Of a DNA stretch of 64,000 nucleotides, positions 26,501 through 38,699 are shown piece after piece. The DNA is taken from NCBI GenBank assembly GCA_964016885.1, contig OZ024743.1:335730001-335794000 (forward strand), written 5' to 3'. How positions within the stretch are numbered: position 1 is the stretch's first letter; the number at the start of each line of letters is the position of its first letter. The translations under genes and the position numbers were made by a program. This DNA comes from Eledone cirrhosa (lineage: Eukaryota). Under the pieces are notes generated by a model that worked only from the letters and a program-made list of their open reading frames with translations, did no database searches and was not told where the DNA came from.

Positions 26501-27989
26501 ATTGCTGTTATTGCTGGTGGTGTCAGTGCTGGTGGGGATGGTAGCTATGGTGATGTAGCTGGTAGTAACATGATTGCTATTGTTGTTATTGCTGGTGGTG
26601 TCAGTGATGGAGGGGATTGTAGCTATGGTGATGTAGCTGGTAGTAACTTGATTGCTATTGTTGTTATTGCTGGTGGTGTCAGTGATGGTGGGGATGGTAG
26701 CTATGGTGATGTAGCTTGTAGTAACATGATTGCTATTGTTGTTATTGCTGGTGGTGTCAGTCATTGTGGGGATGGTAGCTATGGTGATGTTGCTGGTAGT
26801 AACATGATTGCTATTGTTGTTATTGCTGGTGGTGTCAGTGATGGTGGGGATGGTAGCTATGGTGATGTAGCTGGTAGTAACATGATTGCTATTGTTGTTA
26901 TTGCTGGTGGTGTCAGTGATTGTGGGGATGGTAGCTATGGTGATGTAGCTGGTAGTAACATGATTGCTATTGTTGTTATCGCTGGTGGTGTCAGTGATGG
27001 TGGGGATGGTAGCCATGGTGATGTAGCTGCTAGCAACATGATTGCTATTGTTGTTGTTGCTGGTGGTGTCAGTGATGGTGGGGATGGTAGCTATGGTGGT
27101 GTAGCTGGTAGTAACATCATTGCTATTGTTGTTATTGCTGGTGGTGTCAGTGATGGTGGGGATTGTAGCTATGGTGATGTAGCTGGTAGTAACATGATTG
27201 CTATTGTTGTTATTGCTGGTGGTGTCAGTGATGGTGGGGATGGTAGCTATGGTGATGTAGCTGGGAGTAACATGATTGCTATTGTTGTTATTGCTGGTGG
27301 TGTCAGTGATGGTGGGGATGGTAGCTATGGTGATGTAGCTGGTAGTAACATGATTGCTATTGTTGTTATTGCTGGTGGTGTCAGTGATTGTGGGGATGGT
27401 AGCTATGGTGATGTAGCTGGTAGTAACATGATTGCTATTGTTGTTATCGCTGGTGGTGTCAGTGATGGTGGGGATGGTAGCCATGGTGATGTAGCTGCTA
27501 GCAACATGATTGCTATTGTTGTTGTTGCTGGTGGTGTCAGTGATGGTGGGGATGGTAGCTATGGTGGTGTAGCTGGTAGTAACATCATTGCTATTATTGT
27601 TATTGCTGGTGGTGTCAGTGATGGTGGGGATTGTAGCTATGGTGATGTAGCTGGTAGTAACATGATTGCTATTGTTGTTATTGCTGGTGGTGTCAGTGAT
27701 GGTGGGGATGGTAGCTATGGTGATGTAGCTGGGAGTAACATGATTGCTATTGTTGTTATTGCTGGTGGTGTCAGTGATGGTGGGGATGGTAGCTATGGTG
27801 ATGTAGCTTGTAGTAACATGATTGCTATTGTTGTTATTGCTGGTGTCTGTGATGGTGGGGATGGTAGCTATGGTGATGTAGCTGGTAGTAACAAGATTGC
27901 TATTGTTGTTATTGCTGGTGTTGTCAGTGATTGTGGGGATGGTAGCTATGGTGATGTAGCTGGTAGTAACATGATTGCTATTGTTGTTA

Positions 27990-30900
27990 TTGCTGGTGGT
28001 GTCAGTGATGGTGGGGATGGTAGCTATGGTGATGTAGCTGGTAGTAACATGATTGCTATTGTTGTTAATGCTGGTGGTGTCAGTGATGGTGGGGATGGTA
28101 GCTATGGTGATGTAGCTGGTAGTAACATGATTGCTATTGTTGTTGTTGCTGGTGGTGTCAGTGATGGTGGGGATGGTAGCTATGGTGGTGTAGCTGGTAG
28201 TAACATCATTGCTATTGTTGTTATTGCTGGTGGTGTCAGTGATTGTGGGGATGGTAGCTATGGTGATGTAGCTTGTAGTAACATGATTGCTATTGTTGTT
28301 ATTGCTGGTGTCTGTGATGGTGGGGATGGTAGCTATGGTGATGTAGCTGGTAGTAACATGATTGCTATTGTTGTTATAGCTGGTGGTGTCAGTGATGGTC
28401 GGGATGGTAGCTATGGTGATGTAGCTGCTAGCAACATGATTGCTATTGTTGTTATTGCTGGTGGTGTCAGTGATGGTGGGGATGGTAGCTATGGTGATGT
28501 AGCTGGTAGTAACATGATTGCTATTGTTGTTATTGCTGGTGGTGTCAGTGATGGTGGGGATGGTAGCTATGGTGATGTAGCTGGTAGTAACATGATTGCT
28601 ATTGTTGTTATTGCTGGTGGTGTCAGTGATGGTGGGGATGGTAGCTATGGTGATGTAGCTGGTAGTAACATGATTGCTATTGTTGTTATTGCTGGTGGTG
28701 TCAGTGATTGTGGGGATGGTAGCTATGGTGATGTAGCTGGTAGTAACATGATTGCTATTGTTGTTATTGCTGGTGTCTGTGATGGTGGGGATGGTAGCTA
28801 TGGTGATGTAGCTGGTAGTAACATCATTGCTATTGTTGTTATTGCTGGTGGTGTCAGTGATGGTGGGGATGGTAGCTATGGTGATGTAGCTGGTTGTAAC
28901 ATGATTGCTATTGTTGTTATTGCTGATGGTGTCAGTGATGGTGGGGATGGTAGCTATGGTGATGTAGCTTGTAGTAACATGATTGCTATTGTTGTTATTG
29001 CTGGTGTCTGTGATGGTGGGGATGGTAGCTATGGTGATGTAGCTGGTAGTAACATGATTGCTATTGTTGTTATTGCTGGTGGTGTCAGTGTGAGAGGGGA
29101 TGGTAGCTATGGTGATGTAGCTGGTAGTAACTTGATTGCTATTGTTGTTATAGCTGGTGGTATCAGTGATGTTGGGGATGGTAGCTATGGTGATGTAGCT
29201 GCTAGCAACATGATTGCTATTGTTGTTATTGCTGGTGGTGTCAGTGATGGTGGGGATGGTAGCTATGGTGATGTAGCTGGTAGTAACTTGATTGCTATCT
29301 TTGTTATTGCTGGTGGTGTCAGTGATGGTGGGGATGGTAGCTATGGTGATGTAGCTGGTAGTAACTTGATTGCTATTGTTGTTATTGCTGGTGGTGTCAG
29401 TGATAGAGGTGATGGTAGCTATGGTGATGTAGCTGGTAGTAACTTGATTGCTATTGTTGTTATTGCTGGTGGAGTCAGTGATGGTGGGGATGGTAGCTAT
29501 GGTGATGTAGCTGGTAGTAACTTGATTGCTATCGTTGTTATTGCTGGTGGTGTCAGTGATGGTGGGGATGGTAGCTATGGTGATGTAGCTGGTAGTAACT
29601 TGATTGCTATTTTGTTGTTTTTGCTGGTGGTGTCAGTGATGGAGGGGATGGTAGCTATGGTGATGTAGATGGTAGTAACTTGATTGCTATTGTTGTTATT
29701 GCTGGTGGTGTCAGTGATGGTGGGGATGGTAGCTATGGTGATGTAGCTGGTAGTAACATGATTGCTATTGTTGTTATTGCTGGTGGAGTCAGTGATGGTG
29801 GGGATGGTAGCTATGGTGATGTAGCTGGTAGTAACTTGATTGCTATCGTTGTTATTGCTGGTGGTGTCAGTGATGGTGGGGATGGTAGCTATGGTGATGT
29901 AGCTGGTAGTAACTTGATTGCTATTTTGTTGTTTTTGCTGGTGGTGTCAGTGATGGAGGGGATGGTAGCTATGGTGATGTAGCTGGTAGTAACATGATTG
30001 CTATTGTTGTTATTGCTGGTGGTGTCAGTGATTGTGGGGATGGTAGGTATGGTGATGTAGCTGGTGGTAACATGATTGCTATTGTTGTTATCGCTGGACG
30101 TGTCAGTGATGGTGGGGATGGTAGCCATGGTGATGTAGCTGCTAGCAACATGATTGCTACTGTTGTTGTTGCTGGTGGTGTCAGTGATGGTGGGCATGGT
30201 AGCTATGGTGGTGTAGCTGGTAGTAACATCATTGCTATTGTTGTTATTGCTGGTGGTGTCAGTGATGGTGGGGATGGTAGCTATGGTGATGTAGCTGGGT
30301 GTAACATGATTGCTATTGTTGTTATTGCTGGTGGTGTCAGTGATGGTGGGGATGGTAGCTATGGTGATGTAGCTGGTAGTATCATGATTGCTATTGTTGT
30401 TATAGCTGGTGGTGTCAGTGATGGTCGGGATGGTAGCTATGGTGATGTAGCTGCTAGCAACATGATTGCTATTGTTGTTATTGCTGGTGGTGTCAGTGAT
30501 GGTGGGGATGGTAGCTATGGTGATGTAGCTGCTAGCAACATGATTGCTATTGTTGTTATTGCTGGTGGTGTCAGTAATGGTGGGGATGGTAGCTATGGTG
30601 ATGTAGCTGGTAGTAACTTGATTGCTATTGTTGTTATTGCTGGTGTTGTCAGTGATTGTGGGGATGGTAGCTATGGTGATGTAGCTGGTAGTAACATGAT
30701 TGCTATTGTTGTTATTGCTGGTGGGGTCAGTGATGGTGGGGATGGTAGCTATGGTGATGTAGCTGGTAGTAACATGATTGCTATTGTTGTTATTGCTGGT
30801 GGTGTCAGTGATGGTGGGGATGGTAGCTATGGTGATGTAGCAGGTAGTAACATGATTGCTATTTTGTTATTGCTGGTGGTGTCAGTGATTGTGGGGATGG

Positions 30901-33900
30901 TAGCTATGGTGATTTAGCTGGTAGTAACTTGATTGCTATCGTTGTTATTGCTGGTGGTGTCAGTGATAGTGAGGATGGTAGCTATGGTGATGTAGCTTGT
31001 AGTAACATGATTGCTATTGTTGTTATTGCTGGTGGTGTCAGTGATTGTGGGGATGGTAGCTATGGTGATGTAGCTGGTAGTAACATGATGCTATTGTTGT
31101 TATTGCTGGTGGTGTTAGTGATGGTGGGGATGGTAGCTATGGTGATGTAGCAGGTAGTAACATGATTGCTATTTTGTTATTGCTGGTGGTGTCAGTGATT
31201 GTGGGGATGGTAGCTATGGTGATGTAGCTGGTAGTAACATGATTGCTATTGTTTTTATTGCTGGTGGTGTCAGTGATGGTGGGGATGGTAGCTATGGTGA
31301 TGTAGCTGGTAGTAACATGATTGCTATTGTTGTTATTGCTGGTGGTGTCAGTGATAGAGGGGATGGTAGCTATGGTGATGTAGCTGGTAGTAACTTGATT
31401 GCTATTGTTGTTATAGCTGGTGGTATCAGTGATGTTGGGGATGGTAGCTATGGTGATGTAGCTGCTAGCAACATGATTGCTATTGTTGTTATTGCTGGTG
31501 GTGTCAGTGATGGTGGGGATGGTAGCTATGGTGATGTAGCTGGTAGTAACTTGATTGCTATCTTTGTTATTGCTGGTGGTGTCAGTGATGGTGGGGATGG
31601 TAGCTATGGTGATGTAGCTGGTAGTAACATGATTGCTATTGTTGTTAATGCTGGTGGTGTCAGTGATGGTGGGGATGGTAGCTATGGTGATGTAGCTGGT
31701 AGTAACATGATTGCTATTGTTGTTGTTGCTGGTGGTGTCAGTGATGGTGGGGATGGTAGCTATGGTGGTGTAGCTGGTAGTAACATCATTGCTATTGTTG
31801 TTATTGCTGGTGGTGTCAGTGATTGTGGGGATGGTAGCTATGGTGATGTAGCTTGTAGTAACATGATTGCTATTGTTGTTATTGCTGGTGTCTGTGATGG
31901 TGGGGATGGTAGCTATGGTGATGTAGCTGGTAGTAACATGATTGCTATTGTTGTTATAGCTGGTGGTGTCAGTGATGGTCGGGATGGTAGCTATGGTGAT
32001 GTAGCTGCTAGCAACATGATTGCTATTGTTGTTATTGCTGGTGGTGTCAGTGATGGTGGGGATGGTAGCTATGGTGATGTAGCTGGTAGTAACATGATTG
32101 CTATTGTTGTTATTGCTGGTGGTGTCAGTGATGGTGGGGATGGTAGCTATGGTGATGTAGCTGGTAGTAACATGATTGCTATTGTTGTTATTGCTGGTGG
32201 TGTCAGTGATGGTGGGGATGGTAGCTATGGTGATGTAGCTGGTAGTAACATGATTGCTATTGTTGTTATTGCTGGTGGTGTCAGTGATTGTGGGGATGGT
32301 AGCTATGGTGATGTAGCTGGTAGTAACATGATTGCTATTGTTGTTATTGCTGGTGTCTGTGATGGTGGGGATGGTAGCTATGGTGATGTAGCTGGTAGTA
32401 ACATCATTGCTATTGTTGTTATTGCTGGTGGTGTCAGTGATGGTGGGGATGGTAGCTATGGTGATGTAGCTGGTTGTAACATGATTGCTATTGTTGTTAT
32501 TGCTGATGGTGTCAGTGATGGTGGGGATGGTAGCTATGGTGATGTAGCTTGTAGTAACATGATTGCTATTGTTGTTATTGCTGGTGTCTGTGATGGTGGG
32601 GATGGTAGCTATGGTGATGTAGCTGGTAGTAACATGATTGCTATTGTTGTTATTGCTGGTGGTGTCAGTGTGAGAGGGGATGGTAGCTATGGTGATGTAG
32701 CTGGTAGTAACTTGATTGCTATTGTTGTTATAGCTGGTGGTATCAGTGATGTTGGGGATGGTAGCTATGGTGATGTAGCTGCTAGCAACATGATTGCTAT
32801 TGTTGTTATTGCTGGTGGTGTCAGTGATGGTGGGGATGGTAGCTATGGTGATGTAGCTGGTAGTAACTTGATTGCTATCTTTGTTATTGCTGGTGGTGTC
32901 AGTGATGGTGGGGATGGTAGCTATGGTGATGTAGCTGGTAGTAACTTGATTGCTATTGTTGTTATTGCTGGTGGTGTCAGTGATAGAGGTGATGGTAGCT
33001 ATGGTGATGTAGCTGGTAGTAACTTGATTGCTATTGTTGTTATTGCTGGTGGAGTCAGTGATGGTGGGGATGGTAGCTATGGTGATGTAGCTGGTAGTAA
33101 CTTGATTGCTATCGTTGTTATTGCTGGTGGTGTCAGTGATGGTGGGGATGGTAGCTATGGTGATGTAGCTGGTAGTAACTTGATTGCTATTTTGTTGTTT
33201 TTGCTGGTGGTGTCAGTGATGGAGGGGATGGTAGCTATGGTGATGTAGATGGTAGTAACTTGATTGCTATTGTTGTTATTGCTGGTGGTGTCAGTGATGG
33301 TGGGGATGGTAGCTATGGTGATGTAGCTGGTAGTAACATGATTGCTATTGTTGTTATTGCTGGTGGAGTCAGTGATGGTGGGGATGGTAGCTATGGTGAT
33401 GTAGCTGGTAGTAACTTGATTGCTATCGTTGTTATTGCTGGTGGTGTCAGTGATGGTGGGGATGGTAGCTATGGTGATGTAGCTGGTAGTAACTTGATTG
33501 CTATTTTGTTGTTTTTGCTGGTGGTGTCAGTGATGGAGGGGATGGTAGCTATGGTGATGTAGCTGGTAGTAACATGATTGCTATTGTTGTTATTGCTGGT
33601 GGTGTCAGTGATTGTGGGGATGGTAGGTATGGTGATGTAGCTGGTGGTAACATGATTGCTATTGTTGTTATCGCTGGACGTGTCAGTGATGGTGGGGATG
33701 GTAGCCATGGTGATGTAGCTGCTAGCAACATGATTGCTACTGTTGTTGTTGCTGGTGGTGTCAGTGATGGTGGGCATGGTAGCTATGGTGGTGTAGCTGG
33801 TAGTAACATCATTGCTATTGTTGTTATTGCTGGTGGTGTCAGTGATGGTGGGGATGGTAGCTATGGTGATGTAGCTGGGTGTAACATGATTGCTATTGTT

Positions 33901-34350
33901 GTTATTGCTGGTGGTGTCAGTGATGGTGGGGATGGTAGCTATGGTGATGTAGCTGGTAGTATCATGATTGCTATTGTTGTTATAGCTGGTGGTGTCAGTG
34001 ATGGTCGGGATGGTAGCTATGGTGATGTAGCTGCTAGCAACATGATTGCTATTGTTGTTATTGCTGGTGGTGTCAGTGATGGTGGGGATGGTAGCTATGG
34101 TGATGTAGCTGCTAGCAACATGATTGCTATTGTTGTTATTGCTGGTGGTGTCAGTAATGGTGGGGATGGTAGCTATGGTGATGTAGCTGGTAGTAACTTG
34201 ATTGCTATTGTTGTTATTGCTGGTGTTGTCAGTGATTGTGGGGATGGTAGCTATGGTGATGTAGCTGGTAGTAACATGATTGCTATTGTTGTTATTGCTG
34301 GTGGGGTCAGTGATGGTGGGGATGGTAGCTATGGTGATGTAGCTGGTAGT
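27990..34350. repeat. Duplicated ~2.8-kb block at offset 3580 bp (~27990-30770 and ~31570-34350)
   Basis: GTTGTTAATG 28061/31641 and GTGGGGTCAG 30721/34301. ORF-track entries 29680-29982 and 33260-33562 are identical, as are 29969-30151 and 33549-33731. Confidence 0.9.
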
Positions 34351-37300
34351 AACTTGATTGCTATTGTTGTTATTGCTGGTGGTGTCAGTGATGGTGGGGA
34401 TGGTAGCTATGGTGATGTAGCTGGTAGTAACATGATTGCTATTGTTGTTATCGCTGGTGGTGTGAGTGATGGTGGGGATGGTAGCTATGGTGATGTAGCT
34501 GGTAGTAACATGATTGCTATTGTTGTTATCGCTGGTGGTGTCAGTGATGGTGGGGATGGTAGCCATGGTGATGTAGCTGCTAGCAACATGATTGCTATTG
34601 TTGTTGTTGCTGGTGGTGTCAGTAATGGTGGGGATGGTAGCTATGGTGGTGTAGCAGGGAGTAACATGATTGCTATTGTTGTTATTGCTGGTGGTATCAG
34701 TGATGGTGGGGATGGTAGCTATGGTGATGTAGCTGGTAGTAACATGATTGCTATTGTTGTTATTGCTGGTGGTATCAGTGATGGTGGGGATGGTAGCTAT
34801 GGTGATGTAGCTGGTAGTAACATGATTGCTATCGTTGTTATTGCTGGTGGTGTCAGTGATGGTGGGGATGGTAGCCATGGTGATGTAGCTGCTAGCAACA
34901 TGATTGCTATTGTTGTTATTGCTGGTGGTGTCAGTGATTGTGGGGATGGTAGCTATGGTGATGTATCTGGTAGTAACATGATTGCTACTGTTGTTATTGC
35001 TGGTGGTGTCAGTGATGGAGGGGATGGTAGCTATGGTGATGTAGCTGATAGTAACTTGATTGCTATTGTTGTTATTGCTGGTGGTGTCAGTAATGGAGAG
35101 GATGGTAGCTATGGTGATGTAGCTGGTAGTAACATGATTGCTATTGTTGTTATTGCTGGTGGTGTCAGTGATGGTGGGGATGGTAGCTATGGTGATGTAG
35201 CTGGTAGTAACATGATTGCTATTGTTGTTATTGCTGGTGGTGTCAGTGATGGTGGGGATGGTAGCTATGGTGATGTAGCTGGTAGTAACATGATTGCTAT
35301 TGTTGTTATTGCTGGTGGTGTCAGTGATGGTGGGGATGGTAGCTATGGTGATGTAGCTGGTAGTAACATGATTGCTATTGTTGTTATTGCTGGTGGTGTC
35401 AGTGATTGTGGGGATGGTAGCTATGGTGATGTAGCTGGTAGTAACATGATTGCTATTGTTGTTATCGCTGGTGGTGTCAGTGATTGTGGGGATGGTAGCT
35501 ATGGTGATGTAGCTGGTAGTAACATGATTGCTATTCTTGTTATTGCTGGTCGTGTCAGTGAGGTGGGGATGGTAGCTATGGTGATGTAGCTGGTAGTAAC
35601 ATGATTGCTATTGTTGTTATTGTTGGTGGTGTCAGTGATTGTGGGGATGGTAGCTATGGTGATGTAGCTGGTAGTAACATGATTGCTATTGTTGTTATTG
35701 CTGATGGTGTCGGTGATGGTGGGGATGGTAGCTATGGTGATGTAGCTTGTAGTAACATGATTGCTATTGTTGTTATTGCTGGTGTCTGTGATGGTGGGGA
35801 TGGTAGCTATGGTGATGTAGCTGGTAGTAACATGATTGCTATTGTTGTTATAGCTGGTGGTGTCAGTGATGGTCGGGATGGTAGCTATGGTGATGTAGCT
35901 GCTAGCAACATGATTGCTATTGTTGTTATTGCTGGTGGTGTCAGTGATGGTGGGGATGGTAGCTATGGTGATGTAGCTGCTAGCAACATGATTGCTAGTG
36001 TTGTTATTGCTGGTGGTGTCAGTGATGGTGGGGATGGTAGCTATGGTGATGTAGCTGGTTGTAACATGATTGCTATTGTTGTTATTGCTGATGGTGTCAG
36101 TGATGGTGGGGATGGTAGCTATGGTGATGTAGCTTGTAGTAACATGATTGCTATTGTTGTTATTGCTGGTGTCTGTGATGGTGGGGATGGTAGCTATGGT
36201 GATGTAGCTGGTAGTAACATGATTGCTATTGTTGTTATTGCTGGTGGTGTCAGTGATAGAGGGGATGGTAGCTATGGTGATGTAGCTGGTAGTAACTTGA
36301 TTGCTATTGTTGTTATAGCTGGTGGTATCAGTGATGTTGGGGATGGTAGCTATGGTGATGTAGCTGCTAGCAACATGATTGCTATTGTTGTTATTGCTGG
36401 TGGTGTCAGTGATGGTGGGGATGGTAGCTATGGTGATGTAGCTGGTAGTAACTTGATTGCTATCTTTGTTATTGCTGGTGGTGTCAGTGATGGTGGGGAT
36501 GGTAGCTATGGTGATGTAGCTGGTAGTAACTTGATTGCTATTGTTGTTATTGCTGGTGGTGTCAGTGATAGAGGTGATGGTAGCTATGGTGATGTAGCTG
36601 GTAGTAACTTGATTGCTATTGTTGTTATTGCTGGTGGAGTCAGTGATGGTGGGGATGGTAGCTATGGTGATGTAGCTGGTAGTAACTTGATTGCTATCGT
36701 TGTTATTGCTGGTGGTGTCAGTGATGGTGGGGATGGTAGCTATGGTGATGTAGCTGGTAGTAACATGATTGCTATTTTGTTGTTTTTGCTGGTGGTGTCA
36801 GTGATGGAGGGGATGGTAGCTATGGTGATGTAGATGGTAGTAACTTGATTGCTATTGTTGTTATTGCTGGTGGTGTCAGTGATGGTGGGGATGGTAGCTA
36901 TGGTGATGTAGCTGGTAGTAACATGATTGCTATTGTTGTTATTGCTGGTGGTGTCAGTGATGGTGGGGATGGTAGCTATGGTGATGTAGCAGGTAGTAAC
37001 ATGATTGCTATTTTGTTATTGCTGGTGGTGTCAGTGATTGTGGGGATGGTAGCTATGGTGATTTAGCTGGTAGTAACTTGATTGCTATCGTTGTTATTGC
37101 TGGTGGTGTCAGTGATAGTGAGGATGGTAGCTATGGTGATGTAGCTTGTAGTAACATGATTGCTATTGTTGTTATTGCTGGTGGTGTCAGTGATTGTGGG
37201 GATGGTAGCTATGGTGATGTAGCTGGTAGTAACATGATGCTATTGTTGTTATTGCTGGTGGTGTTAGTGATGGTGGGGATGGTAGCTATGGTGATGTAGC

Positions 37301-38699
37301 AGGTAGTAACATGATTGCTATTTTGTTATTGCTGGTGGTGTCAGTGATTGTGGGGATGGTAGCTATGGTGATGTAGCTGGTAGTAACATGATTGCTATTG
37401 TTTTTATTGCTGGTGGTGTCAGTGATGGTGGGGATGGTAGCTATGGTGATGTAGCTGGTAGTAACATGATTGCTATTGTTGTTATTGCTGGTGGTGTCAG
37501 TGATAGAGGGGATGGTAGCTATGGTGATGTAGCTGGTAGTAACTTGATTGCTATTGTTGTTATAGCTGGTGGTATCAGTGATGTTGGGGATGGTAGCTAT
37601 GGTGATGTAGCTGCTAGCAACATGATTGCTATTGTTGTTATTGCTGGTGGTGTCAGTGATGGTGGGGATGGTAGCTATGGTGATGTAGCTGGTAGTAACT
37701 TGATTGCTATCTTTGTTATTGCTGGTGGTGTCAGTGATGGTGGGGATGGTAGCTATGGTGATGTAGCTGGTAGTAACTTGATTGCTATTGTTGTTATTGC
37801 TGGTGGTGTCAGTGATAGAGGTGATGGTAGCTATGGTGATGTAGCTGGTAGTAACTTGATTGCTATTGTTGTTATTGCTGGTGGAGTCAGTGATGGTGGG
37901 GATGGTAGCTATGGTGATGTAGCTGGTAGTAACTTGATTGCTATCGTTGTTATTGCTGGTGGTGTCAGTGATGGTGGGGATGGTAGCTATGGTGATGTAG
38001 CTGGTAGTAACATGATTGCTATTTTGTTGTTTTTGCTGGTGGTGTCAGTGATGGAGGGGATGGTAGCTATGGTGATGTAGATGGTAGTAACTTGATTGCT
38101 ATTGTTGTTATTGCTGGTGGTGTCAGTGATGGTGGGGATGGTAGCTATGGTGATGTAGCTGGTAGTAACATGATTGCTATTGTTGTTATTGCTGGTGGTG
38201 TCAGTGATTGTGGGGATGGTAGCTATGGTGATGTAGCTGGTAGTAACATGATGCTATTGTTGTTATTGCTGGTGGTGTTAGTGATGGTGGGGATGGTAGC
38301 TATGGTGATGTAGCAGGTAGTAACATGATTGCTATTTTGTTATTGCTGGTGGTGTCAGTGATTGTGGGGATGGTAGCTATGGTGATGTAGCTGGTAGTAA
38401 CTTGATTGCTATCGTTGTTATTGCTGGTGGTGTCAGTGATGGTGAGGATGGTAGCTATGGTGATGTAGCTTGTAGTAACATGATTGCTATTGTTGTTATT
38501 GCTGGTGGTGTCAGTGATTGTGGGGATGGTAGCTATGGTGATGTAGCTGGTAGTAACATGATGCTATTGTTGTTATTGCTGGTGGTGTTAGTGATGGTGG
38601 GGATGGTAGCTATGGTGATGTAGCAGGTAGTAACATGATTGCTATTTTGTTATTGCTGGTGGTGTCAGTGATTGTGGGGATGGTAGCTATGGTGATGTA

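Noticed and set aside
29969-33731. Signal-peptide-like or Pro-rich short ORFs (MLLLLLLVVSV, MLLAATSPWLPSPP)
   Set aside because: These are alternative frames of the same monomer exposed by indels or a lost stop.
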